From Nitrospirota bacterium (GTDB taxonomy: Bacteria > Nitrospirota > UBA9217): a stretch of DNA of 64,000 nt. The first letter of the stretch is position 1. Each line of letters begins with the position of its first letter. A model generated the notes under the pieces. It had not been told where the DNA came from. It searched no databases and worked only from the letters and a program-made list of their open reading frames with translations. Positions 30,171 through 42,106 of the stretch are shown here, one piece after another. The stretch spans positions 180,696-244,695 of the forward strand of contig CAVUCU010000003.1 in NCBI GenBank assembly GCA_963740085.1, read 5' to 3'. A program made the position numbers and the translations under genes.

Positions 30171-33100
30171 TCAATGAGTCGTGCCTGTGGCCTGGGACTG
30201 GGTATTGTTGTAGTAGTTCTGGAGCCGGTCGGATATCTTGCCTGCAATATCCGAAGCAACCGGCTGAACAATATCGGCAATGAATTCCGAGAAATCCATT
30301 TTGGAAAAGTCGAGCATCTGAAACTGTTCCGGGCTGAGCCCTATGCAGTTGGGCTGTTCCGGCGTTCCCCAGCCCCCTCTGGACCGAACTCCTGAAGCTG
30401 CGGTCTCCCCTGCTCCTGGATGATCCTGCCGAGTTTCGAGTTGAAACAGCAATAGGAAGTTTTACGTTGCGTGCAATTGTGCCATATTTTACTGATACAA
30501 TACGAACCCACGAGATGGCATTTGTTTGCGTCCCTGTCTATATCCGTCTGCTGTTCATGAGGACGGCATGGAGATGTGTACCAATTTATCGCTCCTGATA
30601 CCACGCCAAATAACTGCTGAAAAATCTGCACAGTCGATAAATCGGGCAAAAATCCTGTATGAAGTATAGTTTGGTTACTGTATGCGCCCTGTTGGTTTAC
30701 CGTAGTTGAAGCGGTCAATGCCGGAGTTTCGTTCGAGAAAATAACCATGACCGCCTGCCCGCTGTTAATGTAACCGTCGCAATCATAATCAGACGGCATT
30801 TTGAGAGAGACCGATGTCCCGGTAGGGCCTTTGGCCACAATCGCCACGTTTTCAACAAGAGAATAAGGCGGATCAGTGAGTACGTAATCAGCAGTCATCT
30901 GGATGTTTCCGCCCGACATGGAAGTTTTGCAGACGAATTGACATCTGGTGTCTTTGTAATTTCCCGAGACAGTGCAAATGCCGGTACTTGCTGTCCATCG
31001 TCACCAGCGGATTTTCGACATAGGTCACGATCGGTATACGGATCATGGGCAACATCAGGATATTGACCGCCGGGGCCGCACGTCGTGCCGCACGTCGGTG
31101 TAAGCGTCGATTTGATATCGTTTATCGCCACATACACGTCGTTTTTATAGTTTCCGTAAGTTTGAGTCACAACAAGCTCTCTCGGATAAACGGTATCCTA
31201 GGAAAACGTCGGCGGTGAACCGCAGCCCGTAGTAGTCCAGTTCCGTATTTATCATCAATCACGGTCTGGATCGTAGTCAGTCCACCGCTGGTAACAGTCG
31301 AATAATCGAACCTGGGATAGGGTCCGGATTGAGGATCTATCTCCTGGTAGTACGTAATCGGAGTCCCTGCGACGACCGGATATTGATTTATTGTGTCGCT
31401 TCCCGCCTTGTATCCCGACGGATGCTGGTCTATCTTGACCGTGTTTGAATCGCAATTAATGTATGTGTCGATATTCTGGTAATAAGCATCAACAGTCGCC
31501 TTTATCGCCTGGTCCAGGTCCTCGGTTCTCGAAAACTTGCCCCCATGAGCGGCACTGCAGCAGTTCGTACCCACGGTGGCCAGGCCGGGGGGACGACAGT
31601 ACTCCGGCTTACCGGGGAATATGACCAGTTGCCCCATGCACTGGCCCGAATTGGGATCAATAGCCCCGTTATTCGTCTGTGAGGCGGTGGGAGGATCAGG
31701 CACGGTTGTAACCGGCGCGGTGCTGAGATCGACACAGCCGATAGCAGAACACATCTTTTTGCCGTTGAAATCCTGGCAGGCATACTGAGACCCGAGCGGA
31801 CATGTTCTGACCGTGGATTGGCATAGGTGACTGCCCGGATCAAAGACAAAGTTCACGGGGCACGCGGGTGCGACTTCACATCGACCGGTGTTGCTGTTCA
31901 GGGTGGTAGTGGCTGGACAGGTTGGAGTTGCCGTTGTTGCATCGGTACATGCGTTGGAAATATCAGTGGCGTAGTTATAATAAACGAACCCGGAAGGGCA
32001 GGTAGCCCGCGCTGCACATAAATTTGTAGAAGGGTCGAATGTTAATCCAGAGCTGCATTTTGGAGTAAATGACGGCCTGGTACACGAGCCGGAACCGGAG
32101 TCAAAATTATAATAGGCAGGACATCCATTAGGATCAACATACACAACACATTGTGCATCGTATCCATCTGATGTCGCGCCCTGGACGCCTCCAGGACACT
32201 TGGCGGGACCGCCATAATAGACATTTGTATTGCACCTACTGCAATCGCTACAAGGCGGGCAATAATCTATCGGAGTGCCTACCGTGCAGAGATTAGCCGA
32301 ATTAAGCCAAATGGACTGGACAGTTCCAGCGGGAACGAAAGTTCCTATTGGCGTACCCGGACCTCCCGGACATTTGTAATAAGTACCAAAATCATCAATA
32401 CAGTAATTGAAACCGCCTAAGGTTACTATTGGACATAAATTGATTGGTGGATAAACACAAAGATGCTGGACAGGATCGAAGACAGCGCCATCTGAGGCAC
32501 AGGCAATCATATTGGCCTGGCATACTCCGGTAGGAAGATTGAGTGCCGAGCCTGGAGGACAATAGGCAGCTGAATACTTTACAGTTGCGACACAGGCATT
32601 GACTGCAAGGTCGTATTTTTTACCGGCAGGGCACGCAGGCGCCGCATCGCACATGTTCGTGGTCGCATTCATCGTCGTTCCGGCCGGGCATATAGGTGCC
32701 TTAATAGCCGGTCCCGAGTCAAGGCAAAGACTGCCGGTCGGGGTGAGAGATCCACTCGTGCATCCCTGAGGGGCTTCACAACGGTCTGTAGCGGTATTCA
32801 TAAACCCGTCAGGGGGACATGTTGCCGGTACGTGCGAGATGCAGACACCTGCTTGCGGGTCGAATTGCTGGCCTGTCCCTGAAGGACAAGCCGGGAATGC
32901 CTCGCACATACCCGTGTTGCTGTTCAAGAGAACGCTGGAGCTTGTGAAACACGTCGTCTGAGGCGACGTATCGACACAAAGCTTCGATGCGGCCTCATAT
33001 ACTCCGGCCCCCGTGCATAACGGCACGGCTTCGCAGCGATTCGTTGTGGTATTGAGCGTCAGTCCGGCAGAACATATCGGGGAGCTGATAATAGCGCCGG

Positions 33101-33656
33101 CAGCGTCAACGCACATGTTGCTTGTTGAAGAGTATGAGGTCCCAGCCTGACATGCTAAAGGTCCTATACAACGACCCACAGCGCCGTCGAAAGAGGCCCC
33201 GGACGGACAATTAGCAGGCGACGTAACAATGCACTGGTTATATGCGGCATTATAGGTACCAACAGAACAGCTGGGGGCTGCGGAGCAGAGACCGGAGGCT
33301 GCTTGTGTCGATCCTGCGGGACACGTTCCCTTTGAAGTTACAACGCACTGGTGATAACTCGTGTCATAGATACCGTTCTGGCAAATAGGCGGCACGACAC
33401 ACTGGTTGGTGGTCGCATCGTAAGAGATGTTCGGGAGGTTTGGGCACCCGGTGCCGACTGACGGAATAATGCAGTCCGTCATGTCGAGGCTGCACAGCAT
33501 GCCCTGAGGAGTCGTGACACAGATCCCGGCGTTTCCCGGCACATCGGCAGAAGCCGTGCTGTCCTTGAAACAACCATAAGAAGCCGCCCAAAGGGTATCT
33601 GTCGCGGCGAATCCGAAAACAGCTACAATCAAGGACGATAAAATAATATTTTTCAA
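30171..33656 (-). CDS. traN: TraN C-terminal part with long Cys-rich repeats, frameshifted
   Basis: Many CPxG...C units; conserved end CHLVGSYC...YCCFNSKLGRIIQEQGRPQL and PNCIGLSPEQFQMLDFSKMD. Confidence 0.85.
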
Positions 33657-33693
33657 ATAAATATCGCATTTTTAACATTCTCCTCGGAATTAG

Positions 33694-35752
33694 CTACGGG
33701 TTTGAAGTCATGCCGTTACTGCATATCATGTCGCTTGCTGCATTGCCGATGATGTCCAATGCCGTGGCGCCTTCGATGAAATCATGCAGGCACTGGCAAT
33801 CGGTTACGAGAAGTTCTCCCCCGGCCGTATCAATCGGACACCCGTCGTTCGTGCATTTTTTTATGAAGATCATGTATTCCTGCGTGGTTAAATCCGTTGA
33901 TGTTTTCGTAGTGGCCCCGCTCGCCGCAGTGTTCGTCCATGGTTTCTTTGTCTTGCACGCAAACTCGCAGGTCGCCTGCGTCCCGTCCATGACCGCAGAT
34001 CGAGGGACCGTGCCGGTCGGATAGGTCCAGTTGCCGTTGCCGTCCTTTATAGCGTCCTGGTAATGCAGACCGGATGCATCCAACGTGGTCGTGGCCTCGA
34101 TGTTGGCTTCGCGTTTGGCAGCGTCGCTGAAATTGTAATTCGTTCCGGCGCACTTATAGGTCATGTGCTTTCCCCACCAGGGCTGACATTCTGTATAGGT
34201 GCCGAGTTTTCCGGGGACCGATTTGCACGATGAAAGCGGAGTTAGGCCGGTCGTTTGATAGTTCTTGAATACGAAAACACCGTCGTCGATCTCTTCTTTT
34301 TTGGTACAGGTATTGTCTGCCTGCAGGGCCGCGCAGCTGTCCGCGATTGATATCGAGTCGCTTTCGATATAGCATTTAATGTCCGTGGACAAATAGGTGT
34401 ATCCGGACGGACAGATCGGAGGTGACTTTTTGAACATGAGATAATCGTTGATCCAATGCTCGTTGGCAGTACATCCCCTGCCGCCTCCGTTTGACTCACC
34501 CATCGTCGGGGGCGGGGTGCCGGGCTGGATGTCGGTAACCGGGACATTGTTCTGGGTTTGGTACTGAATTACGAGATTATCCAGTCGTGCCTGTAATATC
34601 GGTTGCCAGCCCCCATAGCCTGTTTGACCACAGCTGATAACGCCTGAGCCTTCAGACGACGTATCGGTTCTGTCATAAACGCCATCAGAGCCGGTATCGA
34701 CCAATACGGTGTAGGCTATCAAGTTATCGCTGTCGCGTCCCATGTACATATGAACAGTCAAATCCAGCCATGGCAGAAACGCATACGTGGGGTCGGCAGC
34801 GGTAGTATTTGCGTTCAGGGTCTTAATAACGGAACAGGTCTTATAAGTGCTGTTATTTGAGCTCATAGCCCGCGAATTGAGAATGGTTGAATAAAGGGAT
34901 TTCGGATCGGAGAGCTGCGTACCGGCTTCCGATGACGCGGCAGCATCCATGCCGCTCCCTGTGCCTCCGTTGTAATACTGCGTCGGATCGGCTGAAACGG
35001 CCCCGGAACCGCCGAGGCTGCAATTCGTGGTGTCCTGCGCATAATAGGTAATGGCAGAAGCATTGATATTTGAACTGGTGACCGCAATTCGCGCGTTTGA
35101 TTGCTGAACGGCCCCTATCGCGCCGCCCCCGAGGGTCTGTAATATGATCGGCATGTCGGAATTTACTATCCCAGAGCCGCAGCTGTTGTTGATGCAAAAA
35201 CAACCTCCAAGGGCGTCGGTGTTGGTCAGTTGGACCCCTACCCTGCCCGTTCCATCAGCTATCCACTTGTAGTAGACGCAATTGGACCATGTCCCCGCGT
35301 CGCAGGAAATCCAGCCGTTTGCGCAAACACCGGAAATAAGGGTCGTGGTGTTCGGCGAAGCTGCGGGCGGGAGAAGAAAGACATAACCGGACGTCCCGCT
35401 GAAGCTGATATCCTCCTGCAAAATCATCGAATCGAGGTCACCGGTGGTCGAGGGATGAACGAGGATCTGCAAAAATTGTTTGGTTGACGGGCAGAATAGC
35501 TGCGCCGTAAACGAGTTGTTCCCGTTGACGGTAGAGAGCGGCTGCCCGGTAAGCATCGGTTGTATCAGGTTCAGGTTCAAGGCGTCGCCGGAGCCATATC
35601 TTTGCTGAATCATGGTATCCAGACCCGGCTGTACCTGGCTCTGGCCAAAGTAACCCGTAGTCGTCGGCTGCGAAACAGTCTGCGCCGACGGCAGTCAGCG
35701 CCAGTGCACAAACAAATGCCGCGCTAACTGCGATACTTACGGACCATTTCAT
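33694..35752 (-). CDS. TraN N-terminal-like secreted Cys-rich protein, frameshifted near the start
   Basis: Signal peptide MKWSVS..., SGVCANG, GGCFCINNSCG; lies between traC and traN-C. Confidence 0.7.
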
Positions 35753-38279
35753 CGATTGCCTGATCATAGGTCATCCCCCTGTCTACCATAGCTTCGATCT
35801 CGGAATATTCGGTCGCAGACGACGTGTACACGTAGTATGAGAACGGGTCCACGACAAGACGCGCAACGCCCTTTCCGTAAGGGCTGTCCATGAATATCTC
35901 GGAGTACCTGCCGCCAACGGTCTTCATGCTTTTCATCAGTTTCAGGGTAAAGTCATCGACGTCCAGGAGTTTTCTGTCCCGCGCCTTATCGAAATCGACC
36001 GACTCAAGATAGAAGTTAAACGCCGCCTGAGCACGAATGACGTTCCCGATATTCCCGAAGGTGTCAAGATCGAGGATGGACTGGGTCACGATGCCGAAAG
36101 ACCCCCGGTACTTGCGCGCCCGTCTGTACCCGCTCTCGATCACGTCCCCCAGGAACCTGTTGTCGCCCCTGATAAACTCATAGGCCTCATCGAAAATGAC
36201 GAGCCGGGGCCGGGAGCGGTCGGATAGATACAGGTCCTGGGTCACGGCGTTGATGATCTGGAGAACGACGACCTTAAAAAGCTCCTTGCGTGACCTGAGG
36301 CCGTCGACTTCGAGCACGACGAACTCGTCCTGCGAAATATCAAGCGTCGATTTGCCGTTGAACCATTTGCCGTAGGTGCCGCTTGAGGTAAAATCTCGGA
36401 GGTTAAACGCCATCGTATGGCTGATCTTCTTAAAATCCTCAAGAGCGCTGCTGCCAATCCCGATATCTCCGGGCCTGAAATCGGTCGAATATTGTGGGTA
36501 GCTCTTTAAATAGGTATGCACATGATCGATGCAGGCGTCTGTTCCTTCCTGCGAAAACGCCCATTCAATGGCTTCCTTTACGAGCGTTGACCCGGTCTCG
36601 GCGATGTCGTTCGGGACCTTGTCCGTGGCCGAGAATATCATCTGCATGATGATCGCCGCGATCGTCGAAATGTCGGTCTTGATGTCCGTGATGCCGGAAA
36701 AGGGATTGATGCAGATATCAGCGTCTTCGGTGAAATCAATAAATTGAGCATTCAGCATCTTCGTCATTTTCCGATACGAACGCCCGATATCGATGATCCT
36801 GACAATGCCGTTTGCCGCGAACTGGTTGCACGCTATATAGTTGACAAGAAACGACTTGCCCGAGCCTGAAGTGGCCGCAATGTAGAAATTGTGGTTATTG
36901 ACCTTGCTGTTGAACAGGTCGAGGGTTGAAATGGCCCCCTTTCTGCCAGTAAAGGTCATCACAGGCGATCCGCCGCCAGCGAAATCGGCCTGTATCGGAA
37001 GCAGTGTCGGGACGATAAGCGATGAAATGACAAAATCACGTTGCAGCATTGCAATATTCTTTTCCTTGTCGATGAGGCCGAAAGGGAGCGCCGACATAAA
37101 AAGAATGGGCAGGATTCCCCTGTCCTCCTGCATCACGTAACCCCGGCTCTCCCATACGCGCTTAACCCTGCTGATCGATTCTCCTGACTTGTTGGCGTCC
37201 TTGCTCCAGGTCCAGAAGATCGGCATGACCTTGACGTACAGCGTGCCCTTTTCTATTTCGTCGACGGCATCGAGATACTCCGTCTGTTTCCGCATCAGGG
37301 ACGGGGCGAAGCTGCCGACCGCCTTCTGGTTCAGGACAAAGTTGCATTTGCCATGCAGTTTGTTCTTAACGTTGTGATAAATGATATTGAGCGTATACAG
37401 GAAGGGCGTTCTTATCTGATCGGCATCCGATACGACTCCCCATATTCCTCCGAAAAGCTCATTCGTCTGGAGGGGGTCTCCCTCGCGGGGAAGGGATTTC
37501 GGTGTGATGCAGCGAAAATACTTTTCACCGATCTTGAGTTCCGACATGCTCTTATGGCTGACCGTTTCAGCCATGAGCATCTGCTTGCGAATGGGAATCG
37601 TGTCGTCATATGCCTCGCAGTCTTCGAATTCGCGGTCGTTCAGAAGCCGCCTCATCATATCGATCAACTGGGTCGGTTTGAACGGCTGGGGGTACAGCGT
37701 GGCCCCGGCCAATACTTCGCCGAGGTTGGCGTAAAGGTCCTTGATCCAGGGGAATACATCGTACAGGTTCGTATATGACTCGCCTTGAGCGTATACATGA
37801 TCGAGCTCTTTATCAGTCAGTGGTATCTTGACGGAAACGAAAAGCCTGAAGTTTCGAAGCGGTATCCCCGCGCAGCTGTCGATGCCGCCTACGGCATTCA
37901 GAAGAAATGCGCTGTAAGCCTCCGTGGTCTTTTTTACAAGAGGTACATCGCGGACCTTGAGATGCTTGTATGCGTCAACATAATCCTTGATATAGGGATC
38001 GGCATACAGCGAGAACTGGACAATGGAATTTACGCGAAGCCCGGCGCGGAAGATCCCGACGAGGGTATCAAGAGATTTTTCACCGGCAAAACAGAGAGGA
38101 ACGCATTCCCAGATAAAACCGATGGTATTGTCGGTATTCAGGTATATTTTGGTTTCTTCTTCATACGAATTATACGGAAGGAAGTCAGAGAGAGATGATC
38201 TCTCCGTCTGCCTCTTTAACTCAGGCACGCTTAACCCGCCGCGTTTCCCAAAAATCATGTCCGCGATTGCTGTGAACAT
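35724..38279 (-). CDS. traC: TraC (VirB4-like) ATPase
   Basis: ATSGSGKS, IIDIGRSY, IFDEAY, RRARKY. Confidence 0.95.
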   Translation of the reverse strand: MFTAIADMIFGKRGGLSVPELKRQTERSSLSDFLPYNSYEEETKIYLNTDNTIGFIWECVPLCFAGEKSLDTLVGIFRAGLRVNSIVQFSLYADPYIKDYVDAYKHLKVRDVPLVKKTTEAYSAFLLNAVGGIDSCAGIPLRNFRLFVSVKIPLTDKELDHVYAQGESYTNLYDVFPWIKDLYANLGEVLAGATLYPQPFKPTQLIDMMRRLLNDREFEDCEAYDDTIPIRKQMLMAETVSHKSMSELKIGEKYFRCITPKSLPREGDPLQTNELFGGIWGVVSDADQIRTPFLYTLNIIYHNVKNKLHGKCNFVLNQKAVGSFAPSLMRKQTEYLDAVDEIEKGTLYVKVMPIFWTWSKDANKSGESISRVKRVWESRGYVMQEDRGILPILFMSALPFGLIDKEKNIAMLQRDFVISSLIVPTLLPIQADFAGGGSPVMTFTGRKGAISTLDLFNSKVNNHNFYIAATSGSGKSFLVNYIACNQFAANGIVRIIDIGRSYRKMTKMLNAQFIDFTEDADICINPFSGITDIKTDISTIAAIIMQMIFSATDKVPNDIAETGSTLVKEAIEWAFSQEGTDACIDHVHTYLKSYPQYSTDFRPGDIGIGSSALEDFKKISHTMAFNLRDFTSSGTYGKWFNGKSTLDISQDEFVVLEVDGLRSRKELFKVVVLQIINAVTQDLYLSDRSRPRLVIFDEAYEFIRGDNRFLGDVIESGYRRARKYRGSFGIVTQSILDLDTFGNIGNVIRAQAAFNFYLESVDFDKARDRKLLDVDDFTLKLMKSMKTVGGRYSEIFMDSPYGKGVARLVVDPFSYYVYTSSATEYSEIEAMVDRGMTYDQAIDEMVRKYRS

Positions 38280-38779
38280 TATTTCCCGTCCTTTTCTTTA
38301 AAAAGGTAGTCCCCCATCACCCACTTCGGTCCGTCAACGATGATGTAGACGTACCGGAGCATGAACAGCTCGTTTTCATCCCCCCTATACGGAAGCATGA
38401 GTACCCGCATTACAGAGGGAGGGGCCACGACCGGGGTAGTCGGTTGCGCGAGCAGACCGGCCAGCTTCTTATGAAGCTCGTCCTGATAAGCAATTTCAGG
38501 CGTCGGTACATTATCTTTGTTGATACGGTCCTTTTCCTTATCCGTCTTATTTTTACTTTCACAGTCTTTGCCGTCGCAGGGCGGCTTGCCGGTCTCTCTG
38601 TTTTTTTTGCCGGTCTTTGCAAGAGACTCTTCATGCGCGGCTTCCATATCCACGCATTTGCCGTTCTCCGTCTTGGGACAGGTAAAATCAGAGCTGTACG
38701 GATTCAAAATGGATGAACATCCGTAGTTGAATGCGGCTACCATTGCAGCAAAAGATAGAGTGATTATTCCGATGCGCAT
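38279..38779 (-). CDS. traV: TraV lipoprotein
   Basis: Lipobox-like YGC, NPYSSDFTC...GKC, VMRVLMLPY. Confidence 0.88.
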   Translation of the reverse strand: MRIGIITLSFAAMVAAFNYGCSSILNPYSSDFTCPKTENGKCVDMEAAHEESLAKTGKKNRETGKPPCDGKDCESKNKTDKEKDRINKDNVPTPEIAYQDELHKKLAGLLAQPTTPVVAPPSVMRVLMLPYRGDENELFMLRYVYIIVDGPKWVMGDYLFKEKDGK

Positions 38780-40050
38780 TTCCCCTCCAGAGTATTGTTC
38801 CTTCCGCAAAAGTTCTTGATCTCAAGATCGACGCCCTCGCTGATAACCAGGGTTATGTCCCTCGCGGCCCCGATTTCGATGACAGGCAGCGTCGCCTCGG
38901 CCAGTTTCAGATAAAACTTCTGTAAATCGTGCGAGGCCTCGGCCATGCCTCCCCCGACGGCCGATTTCAAGAGGTCGCCGCTGTTTATCGACGTGGTAGT
39001 CCCCAGCGGAGATACCAGGTTGACCTGAGATGCTGCTTTCAGCCCGTCGCCGATCCCGCCGAAAAAACCTGAGAGGAGGCCCCTCGCAAGCATGGCCCCC
39101 ATCTTTGCCACCACCTTCCCCGCGAGTCCGATCTTGCCGTCCTGGTCCACGACAAATCCTTTCACCTTCTGGTCGATAACCGCCGATCCGCCCCTGGACA
39201 GGCAGGTGATGCTGAGCAATCGAAGGTGAGCCCGTTCGTCGGCGAGGTTACCGATACCGTCCGCGATTGCAAAACATCCTTTCAAGTCGGCCTTCACCCT
39301 ATTGGGGAGCTGGGCCAGATTTTTTATCCGGATCAGCACCGGGACAGGGTTTCCCTTTGCGCTCTCCACGGTCGGGGCGTCCAGGCCGGAAAGGAGTGAT
39401 GCCTCCATATATGAAGGGGGAAGGTAAATCTTTTCCGCTTTTTTTTTAACAGCCTCGTTTGCCTGGACCGGCTTCTGACCCGGATTAGAGATAATTTCGA
39501 TGTCCCCTATAAATGCGGGAGAAGCTGCACCCGGTGACCTGGCGTCTCGCCCGGAATTGGACGGGAGAGGCATCGGCGGCACCGAATAGGCCGGTGTAGG
39601 AATCTCACCTTCGCGCGCGTTGCCGGCAAAACTACCGGTGTTGGACGCGAATTCTTTGGGCGTATTGACAAGCGGAGACGGAATGGGCGGCAAGGGTGCG
39701 TTAGGGAACTTGCCGGATGCGGCCTGCGGCGATTTATTCGTTTCCTTTTCTTTGACTTTTTTGATGTCTTCGACTTCCTGCTGAAGTTTTTTCATTTGCT
39801 CGTCGCGCTCATGCAGGGCCTTTTCCTGTTCACGATACTGTGATTTCTCAAGAAGACCCGGCTCAAGCGTCATTTCGACCCTTTTTTCGGATGATTTGGA
39901 GTTTGAAGGGATGGTGATCTTGCTCCGGTTCAAATACGTGGTCATGATCAGCACCGTGAGTGAAAGGGTAATCAAGGCGAGAACGACGAACCGTTTCTTT
40001 TCGGGAGTCAAGGTGTCAAAATACTTCTTTGCCTTATCTTTAATTGACAT
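38764..40050 (-). CDS. traB: TraB (VirB10-like)
   Basis: TM helix, coiled coil, Pro-rich linker, LLSGLDAP, DLKGCF, DGKIGLAG. Confidence 0.92.
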   Translation of the reverse strand: MSIKDKAKKYFDTLTPEKKRFVVLALITLSLTVLIMTTYLNRSKITIPSNSKSSEKRVEMTLEPGLLEKSQYREQEKALHERDEQMKKLQQEVEDIKKVKEKETNKSPQAASGKFPNAPLPPIPSPLVNTPKEFASNTGSFAGNAREGEIPTPAYSVPPMPLPSNSGRDARSPGAASPAFIGDIEIISNPGQKPVQANEAVKKKAEKIYLPPSYMEASLLSGLDAPTVESAKGNPVPVLIRIKNLAQLPNRVKADLKGCFAIADGIGNLADERAHLRLLSITCLSRGGSAVIDQKVKGFVVDQDGKIGLAGKVVAKMGAMLARGLLSGFFGGIGDGLKAASQVNLVSPLGTTTSINSGDLLKSAVGGGMAEASHDLQKFYLKLAEATLPVIEIGAARDITLVISEGVDLEIKNFCGRNNTLEGKCASE

Positions 40051-40053
40051 TGG

Positions 40054-40860
40054 TTACGCTCCCTCCCGTTGACTCCACAATGAACAATCTGAGCGGTCTC
40101 GTCCTTCTTGATATTGAGCTTATCCATGGCGATAGCCATAGTGTTCGTTGTCAAATCGGTCACCATGAAGTCCCTTTCGCTCAGCCTCATCACGTTGCTC
40201 TCACCCGGACCTGCAATCTTTTCATTTGTCACGTAGTATTCCTTCAGGCGAAGCCCTTCCCCTTCCACTAAAACCGTTCGTTTGAGAATTATTTTGAGAC
40301 CCTTGAATATCTTGAAAGCGCTTGTTCAACGCGGCGATTTCAAAGCTCTCCGGGAGGGTGTCCGTAACTGCAAGTTTGATCAAAAGAGTGGTTTTTTTCT
40401 CTATAGGCATGCCGGACATGAGCGATGCATTCTGCTTGATCGACTTCAGCTTGCCCGAGGAAAGCCGAATTGTCTGCGACGGGATCCGTTTCGGTGTGGC
40501 TATGAGGTTATAGACGTTCTCGCCGCACACGATGTAAAACTCGACCGGATTGGTCGCGTAATTGTTGACGCCATTCCGGACGGTAAAAAGGAACTTGATG
40601 AAGGCATTCGAGCCGGAGTATTTCACCTTTACGCCTTTTTCCTGAGAGTAAACGACGTCCTGTATCTGCTGCTCCTGTGGGCAGGCAACGCGGTTAACAT
40701 CGGATGAACTCAGGTCCACCGGGACCGCAACCTCGGGAAGCACGACAATGGTCTGCTCGTGCGCCGATACCGACGTATTCTGAGGTTCACTTTCCGCTGC
40801 CGATACAGCGATGCATGGAAAAAGCAATAGAGCAATAAGAGCCATCATTACTTTCTGCAT
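40054..40860 (-). CDS. traK: TraK, C-terminal frameshifts; end approximate
   Basis: LSSSDVNRVAC and YSQEKG; lies between traE and traB. Confidence 0.85.
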
Positions 40861-41433
40861 TTACCGTCCCCTCTCCCTTTCTTTCGTGGTGATTTTCGTC
40901 AATTGAAATTTGCCGTTATTGACCTCGTATTCCAGGACATACTTGCTGACAGCATCGGAAACAAGAGTGCTGTCCTTGAATTTCCGGTTCTGTCCCGAAA
41001 TCTCTATTGTCTTGGTCCGGGTATCAACGATGAACTTAGGGTCCAGGTAAAACACGCTGCTCACGTTTGCGGTTTCAATCGTACCGGCCAACTCGTAGAA
41101 TGTCTGCTGCGCCTGTGGATAAGCCTCAATCGAAAAAAGGGTAAGAAGCGCGTCAAACTGCTTTCGCGCCGTCGCCGGGGAATAGGTAAACGCCAGCGAG
41201 GAAGCGTACCGGACCATTGTTTTGATATATTCCTCGGAAAGCTCGCCCCCGGTCACTTCTACCTTGCTGTCGAGTCCCGGAGGGATCAGAACGACGCGCT
41301 GGTAGTTCAGCGCTTTGTTGATCATGAATGAATTCAATATCGTTGTTGCCCCTATCACAACGACGACAAGCGTGAATACCCTGTTTGCCGCCTGGATGTT
41401 GGAACTCTTTTGCAGAAATCGCTTTATGTTCAC
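40861..41433 (-). CDS. traE: TraE
   Basis: Single TM, RVVLIPP, SEEYI; position in the operon. Confidence 0.88.
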   Translation of the reverse strand: MNIKRFLQKSSNIQAANRVFTLVVVVIGATTILNSFMINKALNYQRVVLIPPGLDSKVEVTGGELSEEYIKTMVRYASSLAFTYSPATARKQFDALLTLFSIEAYPQAQQTFYELAGTIETANVSSVFYLDPKFIVDTRTKTIEISGQNRKFKDSTLVSDAVSKYVLEYEVNNGKFQLTKITTKERERGR

Positions 41434-41696
41434 TCGATAAACTCCTTTTGAAAGAAGTGCGGATATCCGTGGATCTTCGTGATCCCTAAAAAGTAAAAGA
41501 CATGGCCGAGAAATCCACGGGGGTATTTCTTCTTAAACTTCGTATAAAGATAAGGGAAAACAATCATGCCGATGTAAAAGAAACCTTCCAGTAACAGCCC
41601 CATGAGAAACGAGAGAAATATGATTCCCACTTCGTCCACTTCGAACCAGAGCACCTGTAAAGGCGATGACAGATATTGCGGAAACTTCTTTATCAT
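41430..41696 (-). CDS. traL: TraL
   Basis: FPQYLSSPLQVLWFEVDE and YPRGFLGHVFY. Confidence 0.9.
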   Translation of the reverse strand: MIKKFPQYLSSPLQVLWFEVDEVGIIFLSFLMGLLLEGFFYIGMIVFPYLYTKFKKKYPRGFLGHVFYFLGITKIHGYPHFFQKEFIE

Positions 41697-41741
41697 AAAA
41701 AAGCATCATAACAGGGCAGCCGCTGCTGCCCTGTTATGATG
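41697..41741 (-). terminator. 17-bp perfect hairpin plus U-tract between traA and traL
   Basis: CATCATAACAGGGCAGC-4 nt loop-GCTGCCCTGTTATGATG, then CTTTTTT on the minus strand. Confidence 0.7.
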
Positions 41742-41752
41742 ACCACCTCCTT

Positions 41753-42061
41753 TCAAATGATCGCGCCGAAACTGGTAACGATGGAGTCCGCCTTGAGCAG
41801 CAATATGCAGCTGACGGCACTCAAAATGCCCCGGAGTATCTCCGACTGGGAGAAGAAGTAGGCCGCCATTCCGAACAGAATGACGCCTGCCGCAAATCCC
41901 ATTGCGCCCCTTAACATCATGTTCACTATGACGTCGTAAAAGTCATAGAAGGGCGATCCCGCTGCAGGCGCGGTAAAGGCCATGGCGTTGGACGTGAAGA
42001 ATATTGCCATGCCGAATGCGACCATGCACAGGACAACGTAACTTTTCATGGTATGTGACAT
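41753..42061 (-). CDS. traA: Conjugative pilin (TraA-like)
   Basis: 102 aa, signal peptide plus two hydrophobic helices, strong SD AAAGGAGG, immediately upstream of traL. Confidence 0.8.
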   Translation of the reverse strand: MSHTMKSYVVLCMVAFGMAIFFTSNAMAFTAPAAGSPFYDFYDVIVNMMLRGAMGFAAGVILFGMAAYFFSQSEILRGILSAVSCILLLKADSIVTSFGAII

Positions 42062-42106
42062 GTGATTTCACCTCCTTTCGTTAGATATTTGAAACAGCGG
42101 TCAAAA

